Source: Octopus sinensis (lineage: Eukaryota). Taken from it: a stretch of 64,000 bases of DNA. Positions 24,845 through 37,559 of the stretch are shown here, piece by piece. The stretch lies in contig NC_042998.1 in assembly GCF_006345805.1 (NCBI RefSeq), forward strand, positions 174,964,001 to 175,028,000. The letters are read 5' to 3'. The first letter of the stretch is position 1; each line of letters opens with the position of its first letter. Both the position numbers and the translations under genes were made by a program. The notes beneath the pieces were generated by a model. It saw only the letters and a program-made list of their open reading frames with translations. It was not told where the DNA came from and made no database searches.

Positions 24845-25235
24845 ATTTATGACATATTTCATATCACTTATGAATAAGTTCGTATGAATAAAAGATTATT
24901 GTTCACAACATATGCAGTTTTAATTTTCCTCTCTGTTGCACAGATACACATATTACATATTATATATTCGTTTAAAAAACAGATTGGATTTATTTACATT
25001 TATGAAGAAAAAAAGATACCCTTCCACCCACCCCTAACCTTAACCCTAACCCAACCCTAACTCTAACCCTAACCTTAAAACAGATTAAAATGCAATAGAT
25101 CGATACTAGGGTCTTAATTATGGGTGGACACTAAAGAGGGAACGGTTTTGTTATCCAGCTCTGTTTACGAGTGACCCCTTAGTTTATGACCACAGGGTAT
25201 CTTTTTTCTCATAAATAACAGGGACAATTTCATAT
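24845..25235. mobile_element. MITE-like element with internal inverted repeats and (CCCTAA)-like tract
   Basis: tttatgaagaaaaaaagataccc (~24999) is inverted to gggtatcttttttctcataaa (~25195). The cctaaccttaaccctaacc tract lies at 25031-25077. Confidence 0.55.
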
Positions 25236-25819
25236 GACACCGCAAATTATTGTTGTTGACAACGATCTGGAGATATTGAATTCACCTCAACAGACGTCAT
25301 TGATTGGTTGAAATTGCCGAAATGCAAGAAATTAAAGAACAAATAGCTTACATACTACAGAATTTTCTCAAGAAAGCCAAGAGAAAAAGATGTTTTATAA
25401 ACAGATTCTACCAGTTTATGAAGTTTAAAAGTGTTTAGTTACAAAGAAATTATTTTAAAAATCTGCCAGTCAAAGCGAAAAGATCCGTTTTTCTTCCCAT
25501 TTCCAAGAGAAATAAGAAAACTATTGGGGGTCTGATGTCTGGTGCCTTAGCCACTGAATTGTACAACTAATAGTGATCATCAGAAATATCAGACTTGGTA
25601 AATTATCTCTGCTAATGCTCAAATAGAGTCTATCTCTTTCCAGTGTGTGTGTGTGGAAAGAGAATTTAACCCTATATACAAGCTGTAACACATTGTTAAG
25701 AATAACAAAATCTCCTTCTTCAACCCATAATCTTGTAGTTCAATTCACCTCCTCACAAAATCATTAAACTACAATATAATATAAAAAATATATATACAGG
25801 AGATATATAGAGGAGATAT

Positions 25820-26175
25820 AGTTGTGGTTAAGAAGCTTGCTTCTCAGCCTCATGGTCTTGGGTTCAGTCCCACTGCACAGCACCTTGGGCAAATGTCTTC
25901 TACTTTAGTCTCAGGCTAACCAAAGCCTTGTGAGTGAATTTAGGTGACAGAATTGTGTGTGTGTGTGCGCGCCCTTTTAGACATCATGTGATGGTTGTAA
26001 ACGAACATCATCTTCATACAAGTGTTGTTCATTTTCAATCTGTGAAAAACATGTCTGACCATAGGGAAACAGGTGAGGGTTGACTGCAGAAAGGGTATCC
26101 AGCGATAGAAAATTTGCTTTAACAAATTCCATTTGACACATGCAAGCATGGACAAATGGATTTTAATGATGGTCA
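25820..26175 (+). mobile_element. CORE-like SINE variant carrying an RTE-type 3' tail
   Basis: Same head as 6557, but it ends aagggtatccagcgatagaaaa...catgcaagcatggacaaatggattttaatgatg. Confidence 0.8.
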
Positions 26176-26559
26176 TCAAATGAATTCAACACATGGTCAT
26201 CAAATGAATTCTTGGAAATTCTACATTTTCACAATTGATTAACTTTACAGTAACAGTCATTATAGGCATAGCCTTGATGAAAGTGTATATACATCCTGTA
26301 ATAAAATCACCTAATATGCCACAAAAACACATTGAAATGTTTCAGTTGGCCTGCACAACTTAGGTCTTTTACACAGCCCACAAAGTAAATCTAGAGGGAC
26401 AGTGTGACTACATGTTCCCCACTAAGACACATTCCCTGCATCCTAGATGAATAAACAAGTTTTTCTTAAAAACATTTTTTTTATATACCCAGGACTATTC
26501 CCCATTTTTTTAGGAGGGGGTAGCCACAACATGACACACACCAGGCATTCATTTCCCAG

Positions 26560-26925
26560 CTCAAAGAGGCGAGCCCTGTTCTATGCTCAGGTCAAGGCAT
26601 AAAACGCAACCCCCCCAATATCAGCAGTGGGACCTGACAGCATATGCTGGTTTACCCCTGCCACATCATGCTGGTTCTGTACCACTTTGAGCAACATCAA
26701 ATTCACTCATCCATCCACAAACACTCTCCAAGCTTTCCTGTCATTTATAAATTCTCTTGCCTCTCTCACTCCAACACCTCAAACCACCAAAGCTTTCCTC
26801 ACTCCATCCATCCTCACAAACTGAGTTCTGCCTCTGGTTCTGCTGCCTACCACTTCTGCTATCATCACCCTCCTTACCATCTGCTCCTCATCCATCCTCT
26901 CCATGTGGCCAAACCACCTTAATAT
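26560..26925 (-). mobile_element. RTE-clade LINE 3' fragment
   Basis: Minus strand reads LRWFGHMERMDEEQMVRRVMIAEVVGSRTRGR...DGVRKAL...DRKAWR. Confidence 0.85.
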
Positions 26926-27039
26926 CCGTCTATCTATTTTGGTTGTTAAAAACATAACTACGTTATTGAGATTATTCTGTCAAATGTAATGCATGTTATT
27001 TGCATTTTTTGAAATTATCATGGTTTCAATGATTCTTTT

Positions 27040-27432
27040 CTTTTATTCTTTTACTTGTTTCAGTCATTTGACTGCGGCCATGCTGGAGCACCGCCTTTAG
27101 TCGAGCAAATCGACCCTGGGACTTATTCTCTGTAAGCCCAGTACTTATTCTATCGGTCTCTTTTGCTGAACCGCTAAGTGACGGGGATGTAAACACACCA
27201 GCATCGGTTGTCAAGCAATGCTAGGGGGACAAACGCACACACACACACATACATATATATACATATATACGACAGGCTTCTTTCAGTTTCCGTCTACCAA
27301 ATCCACTCACAAGGCATTGGTCGGCCCGGGGCTATAGCAGAAGACACTTGCCCAAGATGCCACGCAGTGGGACTGAACCCGGAACCATGTGGCTGGTTAG
27401 CAAGCTACTTAACACACAGCCACTCCTGCGCC
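27040..27432 (-). mobile_element. CORE-like tRNA SINE, full length
   Basis: Same family as 12640-12990. Confidence 0.93.
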
Positions 27433-29600
27433 TGATGTGATTCTTTATTTTAGAATGACATTGCAGGGTAGGTGTGAGAGGTCAGATCTGGTCAGTTTGA
27501 ACATAAAACAAGTTGAAATTTGAGTCAGATACAGCTTCTCTAAATGCTAAAGGGATATGTGTGTGTGTGTGTAGAAAGATAGATATGCATATATATTGCT
27601 GTTTTCAAGGAAGGTAATATTTCCCCGTGGCCAGACAAGACATTGTGTGTGTGTGTGTGGGTGTGTGAGAAAGAGAGAGAGAAAAAGTTTAGGTGCATAA
27701 ATGCATGCACACCTGTGTACATATATGTGTATGAGTGTGAGATTCGAATACTAGACATTTTCCATAAAATGTACATGTAAAGCTATGCGTTACAAACCAA
27801 CCGCCAAAATTCCTGGTCACCTTTGTTCTGACAAAACCAGTTGAAATAAGGAGAAATAAAGAAAAGGTTTTTATTAAAAATTACAAATCACAACTGAATA
27901 AGCTATAACAACATTTCAGAGATATTAGACCACTGGAGTCCACATTCTCACACAATTCTATAGACAACCATATCCACAACTTAGTGTTACTCTTGTGCAT
28001 GCAAGTAAGCTGTTTCTCTATTTTTATTACATAATCTGTCAACCTGTTGTTGATACTGTCACATGACCCATTCACTGGATTGACACAAACTTGACTTTTG
28101 GTGCATTTATTGTGCATTACAGTCAAGTGACCTACTACATGGACATAACACACAATTGTTATTCATGCTCTCAAATGACATATTTACTTGACTAGTGCAG
28201 CCTTAACTTCTGATGCAACTGTGATTGGATCACATGACTTTTTACTCTCATGACCAATCGAATTCTACCAGTTGAGACAAACACAGCATAGTTCTAAGTC
28301 ACTCTATCTCACACTACTTTTGAAAAATCATGAAATTGTGAAACTGGTTAAGCAAATGTAAATATATAATTTTAAAGATTCCAAGTGCATTTTCAACTTC
28401 TACTTTTATAAATATGTATATAAAATTAAAAAGTCAATAAAAGAAAATGGAGAAGAAAAAATAAAAAGATGCTTGGTTAATTTTATTTGTATTACAACTG
28501 GAAAAGTAATGCAAGTTAAAAGATTAAATGATATGCCTATAAGAACAAGTATAAGAGGAACTGGAACAAGTATTGTTTTGTTAATTAGTTCCTTCAAGCA
28601 TAGGGATATCCTCCAGAGAAACATCCAAATTCTCTCCATTTTATCCAGCTGGATCTCAATATTAATATATATAATAAGATTTATATGTATATTTAAATAT
28701 GTATGTATAGATATTAATAATGTTCACATTTCATACATCTATTATATAATCGAAATAGAAATTGATCAACATCAATGGAAATTGTAGCTGTGATACCAGT
28801 TCATGTGTTGAAACATATTCTGTTGTGTCTGGGGAGAGTCATTTTTTTTTGTGCCTTATGATTTAACACACTCACTGGTATAAAATTTCCCTTATTTCTT
28901 ATTTTACCGGTTAGTTCATAATGATTTTTGTTTTTTTTCTTATTTCTCAATCTCCTTCCAACTTATTTCTTTCACTGTCTTATGTGTTATTCTTTAATTG
29001 CTGTGGTTTATATACTGTAACATGAAACTATTTTAAAGCATATTTAAATTTAATCTTTTGATCCTATTTTATGCAAGAAGTTTTAGTTAGCTTCCAAAAC
29101 AGCATCCTTATAATACTGTATAATGAAAGAAAGTCGTTTTATTCAATGTCTACTGAACTTTTGATAATTTTTAGAATTAATTGAAAGATATGGACAGTGC
29201 CAAACAATTCTTAAGAAAGTTGTTTTTGACATCAGCTTTGCCCTACAGTCCTTCCAGGGTCAAAACAGTTCATATAGGTCATATACTGAAATTGGTTCTC
29301 TTTCTTTTTCAGAACCCTCTACACTGAACTGTTTCTTTTAGATTTGATTTATTTCATCTTGCAGCAATTCTTGGCTCTGTTTAAATTACAAGTTAGATGT
29401 TTTAATTGAAGTATTTCTCAAATGTCTGGTGGGCTTTGGAAAACTAACACTACCGCATTTTCTGACTATTTGATAGGATACACTTAATAAATGTCTGTTT
29501 CTTAAGGGATCTCAGCTTGATGATGTTACTCCATTAATAAAATTTTATCCCTTGACATCTTTGATTTCTGGGGGTTTTTTTTTTACATTTTTTTCTACAG

Positions 29601-29649
29601 AAACAGAAACATGTCTGTTGCTAAACAGATTTTAAAGTTCCAGTTACAT
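29601..29649 (+). CDS. Candidate exon with start codon at 29611 (MSVAKQILKFQLH, phase-0 end)
   Basis: ttttacattttttttctacag| acceptor, gaaacATG with A at -3, CAT|GTAAAT donor. Confidence 0.45.
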
Positions 29650-31685
29650 GTAAATTAAGTCATATAATCTACTTAAAAGTCTATTGGCTTTTACTATGTT
29701 GTTTCAGTATGATAGAAATATAACTCTTTGCTGGGTTTTTCCCAATCCCACATCTTCTTAATCTTGTGTTCCTTATCAAATCTGCTATTGGTAACTGTTT
29801 TCTTCATATAATATGCAGCCCCAATCAGCCAACTGCATCTTCATATATTATTACTGGGCAGTGCTTCCAAGTAATATATATTACTTAGTAATAGTATATT
29901 ACCTAAGTGAGGCACTGCTAAGCTTTGCTTCACCTGTAGTAGGGATTTGGTAAAATTCGAGGCAGATTGAGTTTGGGTAAAATCGTTATCGTCTTTCTCT
30001 TGTTTGTTTACTTTTCTCTAGTTGTACCTGATACAGGAATAAATTTTGTATTATATCTCAAGGAACATGTAATGTGAATATGTGTTTATTGAGTTTTTAA
30101 GTTGATTGTGATAAGTAAGGAAATCAAATATATAATGGTAAAGGAAAGAGAGTGTACTTCAGATGGTTGGGCTTCTCAGATAAGATGATGCAGGATAAAG
30201 ATGGAAAACAAAAACGAGAAAAAACGAGCATTAATTGGTGATTATGATGATGATAACTATCAATAGTAGCATTATGATCATCATTTTAACAATCATCTTC
30301 ATCTTAATCATGTTTCCTAAATTTTTCTATGAATATATTACATTGTTTTCTTTTATCATTTATTATGCTTATTTTTATATAATCTATGCCTTTCCCATAG
30401 TGTTTGTATTTGGGAATATCTATTCCCTTATATCTCCTGTTGTTCTCTCCTCATCTGGCAATAAGATCTATTACCAAAACCTCTTTCATTTTATATGTAT
30501 AGCTATGTTGGTGCTGCTGGAAAAACAAATGCAACTAGCTGTCATGCATGAATGAGATGTGGCTTAGTAATGTGCACTAAGCTTTCTGTTATTGATTTAG
30601 TGCCTATATAATAGACATGAACACTCTCTCAATCCCTTACAGCTATGACCCAGTGGAATATTCAAGATGTAACAGCTGGAGGGATACAAGGCTGCACATG
30701 GACTAGGTTGGTACTCATTACAGCAGAGTAGACCAGAAAAATGTGAAATGAAGTGCCTTGCCCAAAGACTCAATGTGTTACCCGGTTCAGGAATTGAACT
30801 ACTGATCTTATGGGATATTTGGTATTGTTTATCTAGCCCAAAGTCAGTACTGTCCCAACTAAGCAATGGTTAAAGGTCTTCCACAGGTGACCATACCATA
30901 TCTTCTAAAACTACATTACCTGCTGTCTATTTTTGTGTGTGGAAGGATACTTTAATCAGCTTGACGCAATGCTAATTTTTTTTAAGAGAAACAATAATGC
31001 AGATTAGGTTAACACCAATATATTACTGCTTAATTATTTTATTGATCACAGAAGGCCAAAAGATTATATTGACTTCTAGTAAAATATCTATTTTAGTGTT
31101 CCTCTTTCTCACTCATCTCCTTTAGATAATATAAAGTTTAAAATACTTTTTGACTAAAAGATTTTTTCTGCACAGTTCCAGTTACTACATGTATTCTATT
31201 TTTGAAAACCTCTGTTCTATTTCAATATTTAAATGTGTGGGTTGGCAAAAGAGTGTACTTGTAAGAAGATATAGTTGTAAAGAGTGTACATGTAAGAAGA
31301 TATAGCTAGTTGGTTGAGCATTCCCCAAACCCTGAAATGAATTTTTTTTTTATGCACTATTTATGATTTCTGACAAGGCCACACATTTTGGAGGAAGAAG
31401 TACCAACCGTTGAATTGATCCCTGTACTTCACTGGTACTTATCTTGTCCTCAGCAGGGCTTGAACTCACTCTATAATTAGATAAAACTGAATACTGTTTG
31501 GCTTTTATTATATCTGTTGTTCTAGAGATTCTGCTATCCATTGTTCTTGTCTTGGCTGTAAATAATATAGTTAGTAATAGTAGTCGGTCTGATCAGTAGA
31601 ATGCCTGACTTGTATTAAATTTCATACCATTTTGTTCCATTTTCAGTTCTTGTCAGGAGTAACTTTACCTTTTCCTTTTCTGTAG

Positions 31686-31768
31686 GTTGATAAAGAAGTA
31701 ACAGTGAAGTATTTAGATCAGTCTGATAGTTGTACCGCTTCCTTCAGATTAATGGACTTTTTACCTCT
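31686..31768 (+). CDS. Candidate coding exon VDKEVTVKYLDQSDSCTASFRLMDFLP
   Basis: ttaccttttccttttctgtag| acceptor, open frame compatible with 29611-29649; weaker donor |GTTAGA. Confidence 0.5.
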
Positions 31769-32878
31769 GTTAGAATATCATTAACCCATTAGCATTTAAA
31801 CCAGCCATATCTAGCCCAAAATTTTCCTTCAAACTGGGTAGATCTGGCTTTTCACACCTACCTAACAATATCATTGTAAAGATAAGCTATCATGTCATTG
31901 AAATCTTAAAGCTACAGGTTAATGTGTAATTAATTCCAAACAATGCAAATAAGTAAGAATTACATTTGGTAACGTAATCTGAATGCTAAAGCGTTAATGA
32001 TACAGATCCATATCTTGTTGTGTCACTTCATCAATGTCTTTTCCTCCTTACAGAATCAGTTTTTTTTATATTTATATTTCATAGTTTTAAGTTTAAATCT
32101 TCTAGGTATTAAACCCTTGTTTTTTTTTCTCTAAAATTTGATGGTTAAAATACGAACCAATTAACAAACAGTTATTAAGTTATCTAGTTGATTGAGTAAT
32201 TATAGGACTAGCCTACCACTTAAAAGATTAACTGTTCTCTTCCTGTAACTAGTGAAGGCTATTAACTCTTTAAAATACCCATCAGTCTTCAAGTGAGAAA
32301 AATATTGGTAAACACCATGTGGGATGAACTTGGAAACAGAAGGCATCAAAACTGAGGACATAAAAAATCTCATGAAAGTCTGCTGTAAATGCCATCTTCA
32401 TAACTTTTAACGATGCTACAAATATTAACTAATGTTATTAAATAACATTGTTCTCTTATTCATAATGGTTGTTAATGTTTGTACACCATAGCTGGCTTTC
32501 ATTATGTGTGTGAATGTGTGTGCTAGTATAAATGCATGTTAGTGTTTATATGGTGATGATGATGATATAAGCAAACTAAGACAAGATAGAAAATGCTAAA
32601 ATAATTTTATCGTGAACATTTTAGTACCGGTTTCAGTCTTTTTGCAATAATTTCTGCAACCACACCACTTAGAATAAAGCATGAAAGACAATTGAATTGT
32701 GGAAAAATTAAGTGAAATGTTTTTTTTAAATATTTCTATAGTTTTCAAATGCTTAAACTAATCTAAACCAAGAACCCATATCAAATATTGGACTACTACT
32801 ACCAAGATCTCACATGAATAAAAGAGACAGACAGACAGAAAAAAGGAAAATGTTCCTTGCATTTGAAAACTATAGAAA

Positions 32879-33225
32879 TACTAGCTTAAGGTGACCCACG
32901 CTTCGCGTGGGTGAGGGTGTGGTTGTTACTTTCTGTTGCTTCCTTTCTGTTTCTTAAATCTTGCCTTAATTTTCAAAATTTCGAACCCATTTTCCACGCA
33001 TAAATTACAAATCCGCTTCCACTTTTCCATGTTAAAAATTTGATTGAAATTGGGCAAAAGGTGTCCAGTCTAGACCCCCAAGTGTCCCCAAAAATCAATA
33101 AAATCCTCGTTTTCAAAGCAAAACAACAACTGTAGCGCCCTAAAACATCTCCCAATCAATTTCTCATCTCAAGTTACCCCCTCCTGTAAATTTTAATCAC
33201 CTTCTTCATTTTATAGATTAGATTA
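32879..33225 (+). mobile_element. Helitron-like non-autonomous insert
   Basis: Starts tactagc...gacccacgcttcgcgtggg (hairpin) and ends cattttatagattagat. Confidence 0.55.
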
Positions 33226-33522
33226 AAGATAACTGCCTTTAGCCCCTGCAGCAACATGAAAAACCACCATTATTCAAACAGCGCAACCTATCCCATAAAA
33301 CTCAATTTTTCCCATATTCCTCACCATGGCAACCAAACGGTAGCCCCGAGCGACTTGCAACCCTCCTCACACCATTGCCCACCCCATTTTACCCCCCAGT
33401 GTAAATTTTGGCGCAAATCCGACCACATCTATCACTCCTTAAACCGTTCCCATCCCAAAATGAGACAAATAACCAAGAAATCAAACAACTTTTTTTTTCG
33501 CATTTCAGCTTTAGAGATATTG

Positions 33523-33561
<39 letters not shown>

Positions 33562-33609
33562 CGCATATTTTTTTCTCTCCTTCTTTCTGTGTTTTTTTTT
33601 CTTTGTGTA

Positions 33610-33648
33610 TCTTTCTGTTGAAGAGCGTAGGCTCGAAACGTTAAAGAC
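33610..33648 (+). ncRNA. Minimal hammerhead-like motif, family A (CTGTTGA core), within repeat 33560-33780
   Basis: tcttt CTGTTGA a GAGC-gtag-GCTC GAAAC GT t aaaga: 5-bp stem I and palindromic stem III. Confidence 0.7.
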
Positions 33649-34554
33649 TTGTTTCATTTATATTTCCTGAGCGCCATACTAATACAATTGTTTGTTTGTA
33701 TTCCACCTGCCTTCGTCTTTTGTTTATTTCCGTAAACCTGCCTTCGTCTTTTGTCTATTTTCATAAAGCTTACCGTTATATATATATATATATATACACA
33801 CACACATATATATATGTATACACATATATATATATTTACATACACACATAAATATATAAATTAACACAATATATCTGATTAATAATATCTGTTATGATTG
33901 TGCAGTGGTGGTGGGCGATAATAATTCACCGTTCTAAAAGACCTGTGGCGGGAATATTTAAACTTCTGCGGCTGTCAACGCTTTCTCTCTATAGATACAG
34001 ACAGACGTACAGTGAGAGAGGTGGTTGGAGAAAGAGAGACGGTGAAGGCGGAGAGGGAGTGAGAGTGGAAGGTGTCAAACGTCGTTATAGAGAGAATGTG
34101 GAGGGAAGGAAGGAAAGAGAGAGATCGAGGAAGACAGTGATATCTGAAAAAGAGAAACAACAAATACTTGTCAAAGTCTGGGTTTTGTTGCCCTAGTAAC
34201 CACAGCTTTTGAGATAGGGGTTTCTAACCTAGTCCAATTGCTTCCTCACCTCCTTTTACATGTCCCTGTAAACTTTGGAGCCAATCCGACCCCATCTACC
34301 GCCTCTTAAACCGTTCCCATCCCAAAATGAGACACAAATTTTTTGCATTTCAGCTTTATAGATATTGATTTAAAAAAAAACATTTCATTTAATTTTTCCA
34401 CAATTCAATTGTTTTTCAGGCTTTACTCCCAGTTGAAAAAGTCACAAAGACTGAAACCGGTACTAAAATGTTCTTCACGATAAAATTATTTTAGCATTGT
34501 CTACTTGTCTTATTTTGCTTATACACATCAAATTGTGTGTTCTTTTCAACCTTC

Positions 34555-34599
<45 letters not shown>

Positions 34600-34939
34600 T
34601 ATATACCTGTTTTTACTCAGACACACATACAACACCAGTTTTGTAGACTTGGTTTGGAGGTAATGGGGTGGAATGTGGTGTTACCAAAGGAAATTGTAGA
34701 AAAGCTTTAGCAGTGTTGTTGAAGGAATATGTTACTCTTTTCCTCAGTTTCTTATCTAAGGTGACTAGCTGTGATCACAGGTGAAGTCAGTTGCTGAAAA
34801 TATACATGGCATAATTCTGTATTATAACATACTCTTCTCTGGCTTAGATCTTTATGATAACCAGCTGATAAAACAGTGAGCCAGGCTGGGATTAGTATAT
34901 AGGTATGTCTGTGTGTATGCATGTAACTGTGCATTATAA

Positions 34940-35057
34940 TATATATGCTTGTGCGTGTATATTATATATATATGTGCTTTATGCACTTGTATGTGTATGT
35001 ATATATGTGTATGTACATGTGTGTGTATATGTATATATGTTTATGTTTATACATGTA

Positions 35058-35088
<31 letters not shown>

Positions 35089-35219
35089 TATGTATATATA
35101 TATGTATATATATATGTATATATATATGTATATATATATGTATATATATATTATGTATATATATATATGTATATATATATGTATATATATATATATGTAT
35201 ATATATATATGTATATATG

Positions 35220-35251
<32 letters not shown>

Positions 35252-35260
35252 TATATAATG
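34940..35260. repeat. (TA)/(TG)-based compound microsatellite; a further (TATG)n lies at 36290-36482
   Basis: Direct reading. Confidence 0.97.
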
Positions 35261-35439
35261 CAAGTAAGTAACAAGGATGTCCAGGTATCAATGCATCATG
35301 GCCGTTTCAAGCAGTTCCATTTAATTGGTCAATGAAAACATAACTTCAATTTGAAAGAAGCCACTCTTCTCAGAAGTAGATGACCATATAGATTTCCAAC
35401 ATAAAGGATAAACCATTTTTAGCAAATTTATATCAGTAC

Positions 35440-35905
35440 ATCATCATCATCATCATCATCATTTAGTGTCCGTTTTCCATGCTAGCATGGGTTGGACGGT
35501 TTAACTGGGGTCTGTGAAGTCGGAAGGCTTCATCAGGCCCAGTCAGATTTGGCAGTGTTTCTACGGCTGGATGCCCTTCCTAACGCCAACCACTCCGTGA
35601 GTGTAGTGGGTGCTTTTTACGTGCCACCTGCACAGATGCCAGACAGAGCTGGCAAACGGCCACGAACGGATGGTGTTTTTTCGTGCCACCGGCACAGGGG
35701 CCAGGCGAGGCTGGCAACGGACACGAACGGATGGTGCTTTTACGTGCTACCAGCACGGGGGCCAGGCGAGGCTGGCAACGGACACGAGCGGATGGTGCTT
35801 TTACGTGCCAACGGCACGGGGGCCAGATGAGGCTGGCAACGGACACGAGCGGATGGTGCTTTTACGTGCCAATGGCACGGGGGCCAGGTGGGGCTGGCAA
35901 CGGAC
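35440..35905 (-). mobile_element. RTE 3'UTR fragment containing ~4.5 tandem 61-bp units
   Basis: The unit cacgggggccaggcgaggctggcaacggacacgagcggatggtgcttttacgtgccaacgg starts at 35754 and again at 35815. Confidence 0.9.
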
Positions 35906-37137
35906 AAGAAACCAAAATAATTACATTGCTTCCTTATGTTATATATATATAAACTAGGGCTTGTTAACAGGAAAGGAATATTAAAGACATTTAGTTGGAT
36001 CTTTCTGCCAGCCAGCTTGTCTTTAAGAGCAAATTATATTGCAATATTACAAACAAATAAAGAAATAAACAAAAACGTCACACACACATACACATAGGAA
36101 TGTTGATTTTCCTGTATTTACCTTAATTATATGCTACATTTTGTAGCATTTCTCAAGAGAAGTGCAACTAGCTGCACCCAGATTTTTAGCAATTGCCAAA
36201 TCACTTTGAGGTATCTCCAACTTTGCTCTCTATGTAAAAGTGGGTGTGTAAATGAATGCATATTCAAACAGGGAAAGAAATAAGTTTGTTTGCATGTATA
36301 TAATGTATGTATATGTATGTATGTATGTATGTGTGTGTATGTATGTATGTATGTGTATGTATGTATGTATATATATATGTATGTATGTATATATATGTAT
36401 GTATGTGTATGTAAATGTTTGTATATATGTATGTATATATGTATGTATGTATGTATATGTGTAAGTATGTATGTATATGTATGAACTCTCCTTTTTAATG
36501 GTACAATATTCACAGCTAGAAAGTTTGGTTAGGTGAGAGTTGTCTTTATGAAGTTTAAATTGTGGTACATGTGATAGATTATCACTTTTAGACTGGCCAC
36601 TCACCTCTTGCTCCAACACCTCAGACAGCTGTAATTTAACTTTAGTAATTACCACCCTTAAAGACTTACACAATCAGCACAGATCATGTAATCCTATGTA
36701 TTTATTTCCAAGCAAATGAGAAATTTTCTATGTGATAACCTGCTCAGAATAGGAGCCGAATCCTCCTTTAGTATAAAGGTAAGGACATGTATATAATATC
36801 ATAGATACACTCTTTTTAAATAGGCAAAAAGCAAACATTCATTGTTGATCATACATCTGTTCAATGAGAGCTGACCTATCATCATTTCCAATCAAATATT
36901 TCTCAGAATTGAATGTAACACTAATTTGGTCATAATCATGGTCTTCATTTTGATCTTCCAGCTTGTTCATAGCCATTATGAAAGTATATTTCAATTTGGC
37001 ACTAACAATCATGCTTATTACCTTACTGCAATCTGCCCATAATCATCATATTTGGCTCCAGCACAGATTGTGTAAGCTGTTTTAATGGGGATATTCTGTG
37101 ATTACATCATTATTCATGTTTTAACAGGGGATGTAAT

Positions 37138-37517
37138 ACTTACTTACTTGTGACGGCATTCACCCAGGGCGGGTTGAGCCGGCTTCTTCTCTCATAGAGA
37201 AGTTTCGTGGGAATATTGAATTCACAAGCGGTCCCCGACATCCTGCATGCATATCCCGAGTGACGGTACGCCCGGTTTGCCACTGAGTCTCCACAGATGC
37301 AGGGACAGAACGTTTTCGAAGCCGCCGGTTGCCGATCAGATGCCTCTTGGAATTTTCACCAGAGCCCCGCTGGCCGAGCTGCGGCCCTAATACCGCTCGG
37401 TGCCAGACCAATCCGCCTTGGGTGGCCCTACCAGGAACCGAAGTTCCAGGCGGCATAGCTCTGATACTGCCCATTTACACCACCCTACCGCTTTGAGGAG
37501 GGTTTGAACTTTGGGGT
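37138..37517 (-). mobile_element. 380-bp non-autonomous RTE-like retroelement with (AAGT)n tail and 12-bp TSD
   Basis: TSD aggggatgtaat at 37126-37137 and 37518-37529. Tail acttacttact on +. GC- and CpG-rich body with gtagggccacccaagg. Confidence 0.85.
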
Positions 37518-37559
37518 AGGGGATGTAATGCACTGGTTTAGTGAGGGTATGCATACTGG

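Larger units (their letters stand above)
32566..34523. mobile_element. Long-TIR non-autonomous DNA transposon (~160-bp imperfect TIRs, TA ends) with nested inserts
   Basis: tataagcaaactaagacaag...ttttagtaccggtttcagtcttt...ttgaattgtggaaaaattaagtgaaatg (32566-32728) is the reverse complement of 34372-34523. Confidence 0.8.

Noticed and set aside
25031-25077. (CCCTAA)-like interstitial telomeric repeat
   Set aside because: Short, degenerate and internal to a MITE-like element.
27881-28787. ORFs 27881-28153, 28406-28639 and 28473-28787
   Set aside because: No recognisable domain or consistent splice signals; possibly an old TE remnant.
35620-35905. Regular 61-bp repeats as a possible CRISPR-like array
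   Set aside because: Units are contiguous with no unique spacers, lie inside an RTE 3'UTR, and the DNA is eukaryotic. The same applies to the 94-bp and 37-bp arrays.
36580-36630. Minus-strand 24-nt micro-exon LSEVLEQE with GTGAGT donor
   Set aside because: No pyrimidine tract; intron strand bias favours plus-strand transcription.
1043-36673. Numerous track ORFs rich in YIYI, HTHT, SLSL or MYVC
   Set aside because: They are translations of microsatellites, not genes.
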